Source of the DNA: a virus
Taxonomy: Duplodnaviria > Caudoviricetes
DNA length: 34,724 bases
Virus record (IMG/VR): IMGVR_UViG_3300020716_000021
Coordinates: 1-34,724 of that record
Direction: 5' to 3' (one strand)
Every line of letters starts with the position of its first letter. The stretch's first letter is position 1. This document shows positions 27,310-34,724 of the stretch, piece after piece. Below the pieces are notes generated by a model. That model was not told the origin of the DNA. It did no database searches and saw only the letters and a list, made by a program, of their open reading frames with translations. The position numbers and the translations under genes are program-made.

Positions 27310-27891
27310 ATGGCAGGACTATCACATTTTAATTCAGCTAAAGCAGCTGTAGCACTATATGAACCGATTTATTTAAATCAGTTCGAGGTTATTTTGCAAC
27401 CACCTCCAGCAGTATTTAACCCTGCGGGAAATAGTGGTAGGACTCTATTGGTTGAAAATCTTTTATCTATGACAGGTTTAAGTGTAGATAAGACACCAAA
27501 CAAACCAGTTGAGCAACACTATAAATTCTCTTTCAGGAGATATGCAGGCCCAGCAGTGGAAGATACCGGTATTAGACTTAAAATGGTATTTGAAACTAAC
27601 TTGGATGATAATGGATCTAACTACGTATTTAAAACACTTAGGCAATGGTCCGACCTTGTATACAATCCATTAACTGGTGCAATGGGTATAAAGAGTACTT
27701 ATGCAAATGGTACCTATATGCTTATTAACATCTTCAACAAAGAAGGTGATGTATTCAGACAAATTAAGTTACATAATGTATTCCCGGTAGAAGCAATAAC
27801 TGCAATGCCACTTTCTTATGATGCAGGAGATAAGCTTTATCAAATTACAATGGATCTAAGAGCAGACTGGTTCGAAGATATTTTCAACTAA
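27310..27891 (+). CDS. tail tube protein (gp19-like) 2
   Basis: Clear paralog of the preceding ORF. Confidence 0.85.
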   Translation: MAGLSHFNSAKAAVALYEPIYLNQFEVILQPPPAVFNPAGNSGRTLLVENLLSMTGLSVDKTPNKPVEQHYKFSFRRYAGPAVEDTGIRLKMVFETNLDDNGSNYVFKTLRQWSDLVYNPLTGAMGIKSTYANGTYMLINIFNKEGDVFRQIKLHNVFPVEAITAMPLSYDAGDKLYQITMDLRADWFEDIFN

Positions 27892-28009
27892 TTTTAGAGA
27901 TATATACCTGGTAACTCTGGTAAGAATTACACCCTTTACACCTAGTGTAAAGGGTTAATATTTTATAAGCATGGACCAAAGTGATAAACAGAAACAAGTT
28001 AAACAAGAA

Positions 28010-28193
28010 AATGGAAGTTTGGAGTTTAATGCTTGCAATGTTCTTCCTACCCTTTGGATATGATGCCCTCTTCAAATTAGTGATGGATGCGGCTCATTCT
28101 TATTGGGTAGCTGACATTACATTTTACACCATCTCAGGAGCTTTCTTTGTAACCCATTACTATTTCCGTAGAAAAAATAATAAGGACCAATAA
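28010..28193 (+). CDS. small two-TM membrane protein
   Basis: MEVWSLMLAMFFLPFGYDALF...; true start uncertain (GTG 27981 or the ATG near 28010). Confidence 0.55.
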
Positions 28194-28246
28194 CGGAAAT
28201 TTTTGTGTATTTTTGTCTAAAACGATAGATAGAAATATAACAATTT

Positions 28247-29260
28247 ATGGAAAATTACAACGATAGTCTACTAAAGAAACTAGAGGAAAAAGAGAAAGCC
28301 AGCGGCTTTGAATACGATTCCCCGAAACAAAAACAATCTTTACCTATAGAGGAAACACCATTGGCAACATCACCACCAAAGACTTCACCTTTAGGTAAAG
28401 CTTCTTTTGCACAAGAACAAGAAACCCTTGGAATGGAATCTCCATGGAAACCATTACCATTAATAAACCTACCTTCCGAGGGATTTGGCTACCCAGATAA
28501 ATTAGAGATAGCAATTCGGGCATGTGAGGTTGCAGAAATTCGTCATTACTCTACGATAGATGAATATGATCGTATTGATGTTGATGATAAAATCAATCAC
28601 ATTCTTAGTAAGAATACCCAAATTAGATATAGTGGTGGAGTATTACATTATAAAGACTTATACCAAGAAGATCGTTTCTATATCTTTATGGTTATTAGAG
28701 ATATTACTTTTGCTAAAGGAGAAAATAAATTAATGCTTCCTATAGCTAAGGAATGTAAAGAAGAGAAATGTATTCTTGGTAATGAAATAGAATTACGCTC
28801 CAATTTATTAACGAATTTTAAATTACCAAAAGAACTAATTAGGTATTATGATGCAGATAAAGGATGTTATATTCTAACTCCAAAGAATGGAGAGAAGGCA
28901 ATTGAATTATTCATACCTACTATTGGTATTGTAACAGGGATTAGAAAAATCTTAAAAGCCAAAAAAGAAAGTGGCAAAAAGTACGACGAAGCATTCTCTG
29001 GATATTCTACTTTCATTTTACCAAATTGGAGGGATTTAGATGAAGGTCTTTATGACCATTATGAAAGGGAATCAAGGAATTGGAGTTATACGCAGTTCAA
29101 TGTAGTAGACCAAATCACAAAAATGATTACGTTTGCTACGAAGAACCAAATTGCTCTTAGTTGTTCAAAATGCGGTGCCGAGGTCACCGCCCCCCTTCGA
29201 TTTCGAGGAGGACTTCGATCCCTTTATAGTATATCAAATATCTTTGGAGAACTTCTCTAA
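28247..29260 (+). CDS. baseplate hub / tail assembly protein (T4 gp26-like)
   Basis: LPSEGFGY, DRFYIF..IR, Cys pairs, C-terminal CSKCG; follows the tube genes. Confidence 0.75.
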   Translation: MENYNDSLLKKLEEKEKASGFEYDSPKQKQSLPIEETPLATSPPKTSPLGKASFAQEQETLGMESPWKPLPLINLPSEGFGYPDKLEIAIRACEVAEIRHYSTIDEYDRIDVDDKINHILSKNTQIRYSGGVLHYKDLYQEDRFYIFMVIRDITFAKGENKLMLPIAKECKEEKCILGNEIELRSNLLTNFKLPKELIRYYDADKGCYILTPKNGEKAIELFIPTIGIVTGIRKILKAKKESGKKYDEAFSGYSTFILPNWRDLDEGLYDHYERESRNWSYTQFNVVDQITKMITFATKNQIALSCSKCGAEVTAPLRFRGGLRSLYSISNIFGELL

Positions 29261-29456
29261 TATTAGAAGACAACTTGCTAAACATCCCCATAATATCTCT
29301 TTCTCTGAATTAGATAAGTTATCCTTTTATGAATATGAGGATATTGTAGAGAAGATTAATGATGAAATAGATAAGGAAAACCAAAAAAGAACAGAAGAAG
29401 CAACCGGCCTGGTTTCAGTGTTTAATTTAACACCAGGCAAACCTGCAAATATATAA
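29244..29456 (+). CDS. baseplate hub assembly catalyst (T4 gp51-like); start uncertain, possibly reached by frameshift
   Basis: LENF.....L..H...S.SELDKL.FYEYE.IV..I...I.KEN pattern; no ATG. Confidence 0.65.
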   Translation: MENFSNIRRQLAKHPHNISFSELDKLSFYEYEDIVEKINDEIDKENQKRTEEATGLVSVFNLTPGKPANI

Positions 29457-29474
29457 GATAATATAAATCTTTAA

Positions 29475-31070
29475 ATGGCAGAGGAAAAAAATGAAGTAAA
29501 TAAGGATATAGATCTTTCTACAGAAAAGGCTAGGGTTGATTATTTTGCTTCCGCTAGACCAGAAGAAAAAGAGAATTTTGTTAAAAATCATCCTGATGTA
29601 ACAGACGATGGTTTTGATAATATCCTTAGTAGTGCAATTGGAAATTCATTAACACCAGATTTTGGATTTAATTCTACTAAATATGATACACCAGAGAAAA
29701 TAGATGGGGTAAATAGGAATATAGGAAGTGAAATAGAAAAAATAACGGGAACTCTTGATAAAGGAATATTGGGAACCCCTGATTTATCAATAACAGTTAG
29801 CCCGTTTGATGTAGATAATTCAGAAGCAGGAAATAAATTAAGAATTGCGAGTGGACAAAATCTAAAGGGTCTAAATGAATATATTGGGGAATTAGCAAAA
29901 AAAGAAATAGATAGAAATGATTTACCGGAGGGTCTAAAATCTAATGACCTTAAGGATTTATTAGATGCTCAAAACCTAACAATAAGTAATTATTTAAAGG
30001 AATTAGGATTTCCAAGAACAGAAGATTATAAAGGTCCTAATAATCCACAACCGGATCTTGGTAAGTTATTTTCAAATGAAAATACAGGTTCTCCAACAGG
30101 AACTATAAATGAAACCAATGTTAGAAACGAGCAAATAAAAACAGAAACAAGGTCCTTTACTGAAATTAATTCTATTGTTCCGGTACAGCCTAAATTATTT
30201 GAACCTATAAATAATACTCCTTCTCCTATATTAAATGAAATTCCTCGTGCTAATATAGAAAATATTGTAGTTCCTTCAAATACACAAAATACATCTATAA
30301 CTAATAAAGAAACAAAACTAACATCTCCAACAAGTGTAACAAATACTAATAATTCTAATTCCTCTACGAGTATTAATACAACTAATCCAAATATAGTAAA
30401 TATATCAAGAACAAATGTTTCTGAATACAAACAATATGATCCTTTAGATGAGATTAGTTGGGAACTTGGAATTACTCCACTGGTTCGAAATAGCGAGGTG
30501 GAAGGAATTAAAAGTGAGATACATCCAAAGAATGAAGCGACATCCTCTGTAACTCCTTCTGGAACATATGATCCTATAGATGATATGGAACGTCAGTTGG
30601 GTATTAAAGAAGAAAAGGGATTGGTATTAAGGAATGAAACTAATCCAATTAATGAAGTAAGCCCAATTGTTAGCGATAATAAAATGATGGGATTACAAAA
30701 ATCTAATGGAACTTCTATTTCTTCTCAAACACCTTCTATTCAATCTACTGGTGGATTAAAAATAACTTCTGAAGTACCAAGGGTTGAAAGATCTACACCA
30801 AATAGTTTAAGAGAAGTTCAACATGTTGCTCCCCCACAAAAACAAGAAATTATAGAGGATGTTACAACCATTGGTAAACAAAATCAGGTACACGAGGAAA
30901 AACATATATTTAAAACAGATCAGAATCAAGAAATATCTAAATCACCAGAAAAGACTGTACCTGCACAGGAACCACCAAATTTTGAAAGGCTGGAAGGAAT
31001 AATGCTCCAAATATTAAGCGTATTGAAGGGGCCATTGCTAACTATTGACAGCAAGGTAAAATATTATTAA
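29475..31070 (+). CDS. low-complexity S/T/N/P-rich late protein
   Basis: 531-aa ORF with two AATATATA boxes upstream; YDP(L/I)D repeat. Confidence 0.7.
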   Translation: MAEEKNEVNKDIDLSTEKARVDYFASARPEEKENFVKNHPDVTDDGFDNILSSAIGNSLTPDFGFNSTKYDTPEKIDGVNRNIGSEIEKITGTLDKGILGTPDLSITVSPFDVDNSEAGNKLRIASGQNLKGLNEYIGELAKKEIDRNDLPEGLKSNDLKDLLDAQNLTISNYLKELGFPRTEDYKGPNNPQPDLGKLFSNENTGSPTGTINETNVRNEQIKTETRSFTEINSIVPVQPKLFEPINNTPSPILNEIPRANIENIVVPSNTQNTSITNKETKLTSPTSVTNTNNSNSSTSINTTNPNIVNISRTNVSEYKQYDPLDEISWELGITPLVRNSEVEGIKSEIHPKNEATSSVTPSGTYDPIDDMERQLGIKEEKGLVLRNETNPINEVSPIVSDNKMMGLQKSNGTSISSQTPSIQSTGGLKITSEVPRVERSTPNSLREVQHVAPPQKQEIIEDVTTIGKQNQVHEEKHIFKTDQNQEISKSPEKTVPAQEPPNFERLEGIMLQILSVLKGPLLTIDSKVKYY

Positions 31071-31135
31071 AAATAAAATTTTTTTATTCTGAAACTTTTG
31101 ATTAAATTAGCATATCATAATAAAATAAAACAAAA

Positions 31136-31357
31136 ATGACAAAATATACAATAAACCCAGACACTAAAGAAAAGTTAATTTCTTTTCTGGAACAATCAGT
31201 GTCTGCTAATAATATTCTGGAAAAAGAGGAGCTAGATACGGATGATATTAATACGGTATTGGCTGTATTAGGAAAATTTCCTGCGTCTATGGTTTATAGT
31301 TTGATAGAAGATTTAAAAATCAGTTTAAATCCAGTGAATAATGGATCAGGAGAATAA
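31136..31357 (+). CDS. hypothetical protein
   Basis: 73-aa ORF with A-rich leader. Confidence 0.7.
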   Translation: MTKYTINPDTKEKLISFLEQSVSANNILEKEELDTDDINTVLAVLGKFPASMVYSLIEDLKISLNPVNNGSGE

Positions 31358-31823
31358 AGTATTTTATAAAACCCTCACAAAAGAAAATTGCGAAGACGAA
31401 AAAAAATTTAGACTTGATAATGTATATCTTAAAATGGCCAAAACATGGGCAGAATTGTCAAGATGTACTAGGAGTAAAGTCGGATGTTTAGTAGTCAAGG
31501 ACAAAACAATTATAGCTGATGGATTTAACGGGACTCCAACTGGTTTCCCGAATCCTTGTGAGGATGGAAACGGGGATACCATTAAGTGGGTGCTACATTC
31601 GGAAGCCAATGCTATTACAAAATTATCTAAAAATACTGTTAGCTCATATGGTAGTACAATGTATATTACCTTATCGCCTTGTTATGATTGTGCTAAACTA
31701 ATTATACAAGCCGGAATAAAAAGAGTAGTGTTTTGTGAATTTTATAGGAATACTGAAGCATTGGAACTTTTAAGCCTCGCTAAGATTGAGGTAGATTATT
31801 TGGATTTAGAAAAAACTCATTAA
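31341..31823 (+). CDS. dCMP deaminase
   Basis: LS.C.R.KVG, GFNGTP.G, LHSEANAI, TLSPCYDC. Confidence 0.93.
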   Translation: MDQENKVFYKTLTKENCEDEKKFRLDNVYLKMAKTWAELSRCTRSKVGCLVVKDKTIIADGFNGTPTGFPNPCEDGNGDTIKWVLHSEANAITKLSKNTVSSYGSTMYITLSPCYDCAKLIIQAGIKRVVFCEFYRNTEALELLSLAKIEVDYLDLEKTH

Positions 31824-31828
31824 GATAT

Positions 31829-32476
31829 ATGTCAAAAAACATTCAGGAATTAGCAGAAAATTATTTACAATCCTCATCAGAAAGGGACTTTAAAAAACTC
31901 TATGATAGATTAAAACCAGGCCTACTAAATCATTGCAAAGGTATTTTAGTAGATGAGGAAATTGCCGAGGATGCAGTTTCCAAAACCTTTGAAAAAATTT
32001 GGACAAAATTAGAGCAATATGACTCGGATAGAGGTAACTTCTCGACATGGGCTTATAATATTGCACGAAATGAGTCCTTATTAATTAAGAAGAACTCGGT
32101 ACGTTACACCCCATTGGTTTATGAAAATGTAAATCTTGCTGATAACAACGGAGAAGGTGGACAAGGAGGAGCGTTTAGAGGAGATCATGTAGAATTAACC
32201 CCAGGTATTGCAGAATCCTTTTCAGATCCAGATTGGGATTTACAAACACGAGAGATGAAAATGGATGGACTCTATACGGATGTTGTAGATAAAATTCAGG
32301 ATTTACCAGCTATATATAAGGATATTCTTATAGATAGAGAGTTAAACAAAATGAAATATCAGGATATTGCTACTAAGCATGGTATGAAGAAGAGAGCAGT
32401 AGCAACTAGGATACGGAGAGCAAGAATAAAGGTCCGTGAAATGTTTCCTGGTATAAAATTAATATTCAATGATTAG
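31829..32476 (+). CDS. RNA polymerase sigma-70 family (ECF-like) factor
   Basis: Region 2 AEDAVSKTFEKIW...YD...NFSTWAYNIARN; region 4 MKYQDIA...VATRIRRAR. Confidence 0.9.
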   Translation: MSKNIQELAENYLQSSSERDFKKLYDRLKPGLLNHCKGILVDEEIAEDAVSKTFEKIWTKLEQYDSDRGNFSTWAYNIARNESLLIKKNSVRYTPLVYENVNLADNNGEGGQGGAFRGDHVELTPGIAESFSDPDWDLQTREMKMDGLYTDVVDKIQDLPAIYKDILIDRELNKMKYQDIATKHGMKKRAVATRIRRARIKVREMFPGIKLIFND

Positions 32477-32479
32477 TAT

Positions 32480-32929
32480 ATGATAAAAATACATAAGGTC
32501 ATAATAGACATTAGAAACTATTTTAGTTTACGTAAAATAGCAAAGAAAGAATCCAAATCTTCTCCTATGTGGGCGAAGCAAGGATTAAGGATAGATTGGA
32601 TTGGTAGGATTTATACAGTTTATAATATGCCACCAGAAGTTACATTAGCTCCTGATATTCCAAGAGCAGCATGGATAGCATATGTCATAGAGCAAACAAA
32701 ACCTCTTAATGAATATCTTACCAGCCTAAATCTTCAGGAAATACTTGTTCCTGATTATAAGCTAATTCCCGGTACAGAATCTTTCCTTTTGCTTTATAAA
32801 CCATATTTTCAAGAATTGGGTTGGAGATGGTTTTTCACAAGGGCCCTATTTTGGTTTTGTGTATTTTTCCTTCAATATAAATTCCATTTATTTACTAATG
32901 TCTATCATTGGGCACAACACTTATTTTAA
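32480..32929 (+). CDS. hypothetical protein with C-terminal hydrophobic helix
   Basis: 149-aa ORF coupled to the sigma gene. Confidence 0.7.
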   Translation: MIKIHKVIIDIRNYFSLRKIAKKESKSSPMWAKQGLRIDWIGRIYTVYNMPPEVTLAPDIPRAAWIAYVIEQTKPLNEYLTSLNLQEILVPDYKLIPGTESFLLLYKPYFQELGWRWFFTRALFWFCVFFLQYKFHLFTNVYHWAQHLF

Positions 32930-33699
32930 TGGAAGGAGAAATACAAATTGTTCGCAAAGAACAGAAATGGGGAAGATCCTATATTGTAACTAATGGTGAG
33001 GAAAATTATATATTGCCCTCTGTTACTACGGTGCTCAAATTATTAACGGGGCCAAAATGGGAACCAATTAGGAAAGAAATGGGAGAAGTGAAATGGGATA
33101 CGTTATTAGATAACGCTTCTTATAGGGGAACAGTAATGCACTCTATGCTAGAAGCCTTTCTAATTAAGTATTCCGAAGACTATAATGAAGAAGAAGCTTT
33201 ACTCTCTGCACAATTAAAAGCCAAATCTATATTAGACGAAGATCCTTCAAGGGCACCACAGGTTAAAATTGGACGTGACCTATTTTGGAATTTCTATCAT
33301 GAAGAATTTTGGAAATCTATTAAAAGAGTTGTCCATAATGAAATATTTTTATGGACAACTTTTAAAGGGGGTTGGGCAGGAGCATGTGATTTTATTTATG
33401 AGGATTGGAATGAGGATCATGTAGTAATAGATTTTAAAAGTTCCTCTACTATTAAAATCGAGGAAGATATAGAATCCTATTTTTGTCAAATAGCAGCGTA
33501 TATGTTTATGTACGCAGAAAGGTATGGTATAATGCCAGCAAGAGGAGAAATTTGGATTTCTAATGTTGAGGATGATACCATTCAAAAATTTATAGTTAAT
33601 GGTAATGAATTAAAACCTCATCTGAGGAAATTTATTTCACTCTTACAGGAATTCCAGGAAAAAAATGAAATTATCGGAAACATTTTAAAGGCATCGTAA
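32929..33699 (+). CDS. PD-(D/E)XK exonuclease (Cas4/RecB-like)
   Basis: PSVTTVL, RGTVMH, AGACD, IDFKSS, QIAAY; ATG 32929 overlaps the upstream stop. Confidence 0.88.
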   Translation: MEGEIQIVRKEQKWGRSYIVTNGEENYILPSVTTVLKLLTGPKWEPIRKEMGEVKWDTLLDNASYRGTVMHSMLEAFLIKYSEDYNEEEALLSAQLKAKSILDEDPSRAPQVKIGRDLFWNFYHEEFWKSIKRVVHNEIFLWTTFKGGWAGACDFIYEDWNEDHVVIDFKSSSTIKIEEDIESYFCQIAAYMFMYAERYGIMPARGEIWISNVEDDTIQKFIVNGNELKPHLRKFISLLQEFQEKNEIIGNILKAS

Positions 33700-33719
33700 T
33701 ATAATAATAAAATATAAAA

Positions 33720-34247
33720 ATGGAAAACGCAGGAAAACTAAAAGTTAATGGAGTAGACCAGGAACAATTCTCTAAGACATACCATAATGTTACTGGTGAA
33801 GAAGCACCGGAAACAACAACTGTTGATCCCGAGAGGATTAAGAAAGCCCAGGAAGCATTGGATTCAATGAGGAGCGAAAATTCGAGGAGGGAATATTTGG
33901 TAAAGATGGATGTAAGGCTTCTTGAATTCTATGAGAACTTTATGAATTTCCAATCACCATGGAAAGGTAAGGAAGCTTTGGGTGTTTTAGAAGTGCTAAA
34001 GAAGATTGAGAAAATTAAGTCTGATGGCATAAAGGATAATGCAGTTTACCTTAATAATCTTCATATAGAAGCTACCCATTATTTCCTTACTAAATACGAA
34101 GGTAAAGGATCAGCTATTGTTGCAGATTATGTAAATCTATATAAGAATATAGAGGATGCACTACAGAGGGTATCCGCAGATAATATGAAAACAAAAGACC
34201 TTGAGAAGGAGTTAGTTGCTGCTCAGCAAGGTATTGAAATGTGTTAA
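33720..34247 (+). CDS. hypothetical helical protein
   Basis: 175-aa ORF. Confidence 0.75.
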   Translation: MENAGKLKVNGVDQEQFSKTYHNVTGEEAPETTTVDPERIKKAQEALDSMRSENSRREYLVKMDVRLLEFYENFMNFQSPWKGKEALGVLEVLKKIEKIKSDGIKDNAVYLNNLHIEATHYFLTKYEGKGSAIVADYVNLYKNIEDALQRVSADNMKTKDLEKELVAAQQGIEMC

Positions 34248-34273
34248 TTTTTTGTCATTAACCTCCCCTATAG

Positions 34274-34302
34274 AAACTCCCTAATAAATTGGGGAGTTTT
34301 TT
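34274..34302 (+). terminator. intrinsic terminator
   Basis: AAACTCCCTAA/TTGGGGAGTTT hairpin plus T-tract. Confidence 0.75.
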
Positions 34303-34322
34303 AGTGGGGATATATAAAACAT

Positions 34323-34724
34323 ATGAAAAATAGTAGAATATTTCCATGGATTGTTGCTCTGGCAGCATTTTCTGTTTCTGGTTCCGCTGCCTATTATTCC
34401 GTATATGGTATAAGTAAAATGTTTGCTGGAGCATCCACAAATGTTATGATAATGGCTGGAAGTCTTGAATTTTCCAAATTGGTAATTGCATCTCTCTTGT
34501 ATAGTTATTGGAGCAAATTAAACAAAATTTTAAGAACTTACCTAACCATTGCTTGTTGTATATTAATACTTATTACTTCTGCGGGTATTTACGGATTCCT
34601 TTCGGCAGCTTACCAAGAAACTTCTAATAAGGTAGAAGTTTTAGATAAACAAAATGGTGCATTAGATAAACAAAAACTTATAGTTCAATCTGATGCAAAA
34701 AGATATGAGTCCCAAATATCATTA
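34323..34724 (+). CDS. multi-TM plus coiled-coil phage membrane protein, truncated by window end
   Basis: MKNSRIFPWIVALAAFSVSGSAAYYSVYGISKMFAGA...SLEFSKLV...ITSAGIYGFLS; GATATATA 6 nt upstream. Confidence 0.8.
   Translation, partial: MKNSRIFPWIVALAAFSVSGSAAYYSVYGISKMFAGASTNVMIMAGSLEFSKLVIASLLYSYWSKLNKILRTYLTIACCILILITSAGIYGFLSAAYQETSNKVEVLDKQNGALDKQKLIVQSDAKRYESQISL

Noticed and set aside
32929-33699. CRISPR-Cas system implied by the Cas4-like nuclease
   Set aside because: No array or other cas genes; a common solo phage exonuclease
1250-34440. Many short antisense or overlapping ORFs in the track (e.g. 1586-2071, 5200-5457, 15379-15666, 30026-30430, 34258-34440)
   Set aside because: Shadows of longer genes with recognisable motifs
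1-34724. Stop-codon reassignment (TAG to Gln), suggested by the many tRNA-Gln genes
   Set aside because: No CTA-anticodon tRNA here; conserved genes are uninterrupted, and gp46, terL and the sigma gene end at TAG at the expected lengths

Overview
This AT-rich window is a segment of a large T4-like (myovirus, probably jumbo) phage genome. The host is probably a Bacteroidota, based on TAnnTTTG promoter boxes and A-rich starts without Shine-Dalgarno sequences. In order, it contains: a tRNA cluster (Asn, Tyr, 3x Lys, 3x Gln, Met/Ile2, plus atypical tRNA-like RNAs) interleaved with an RNA ligase, a GatB/YqeY protein and an HNH endonuclease; a thymidylate-synthase-fold enzyme with the dCMP-type Asp; a lytic transglycosylase; the UvsX-helicase-gp47-gp46 recombination block; the neck/terminase/sheath/two tubes/gp26/gp51 morphogenesis block; and dCMP deaminase, an ECF-like sigma factor and a PD-(D/E)XK exonuclease. 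Five observations stand out. (1) An antisense homing-endonuclease cassette appears to carry a recoded replacement for the last 21 codons of the TS-fold gene, leaving the other C-terminus orphaned at 6683-6748. (2) An (A/G)ATATATA late-promoter motif often sits 4-7 nt from start codons, suggesting leaderless mRNAs. (3) Unrelated proteins share an MK(H/Y)(I/L)...(N/Y)E leader, a candidate capsid-targeting tag. (4) There is a tRNA repair/replacement locus with odd tRNAs. (5) There is a candidate +1 frameshift between gp26 and gp51, plus several structured leaders. All calls come from motif reading by eye; no database searches were run.
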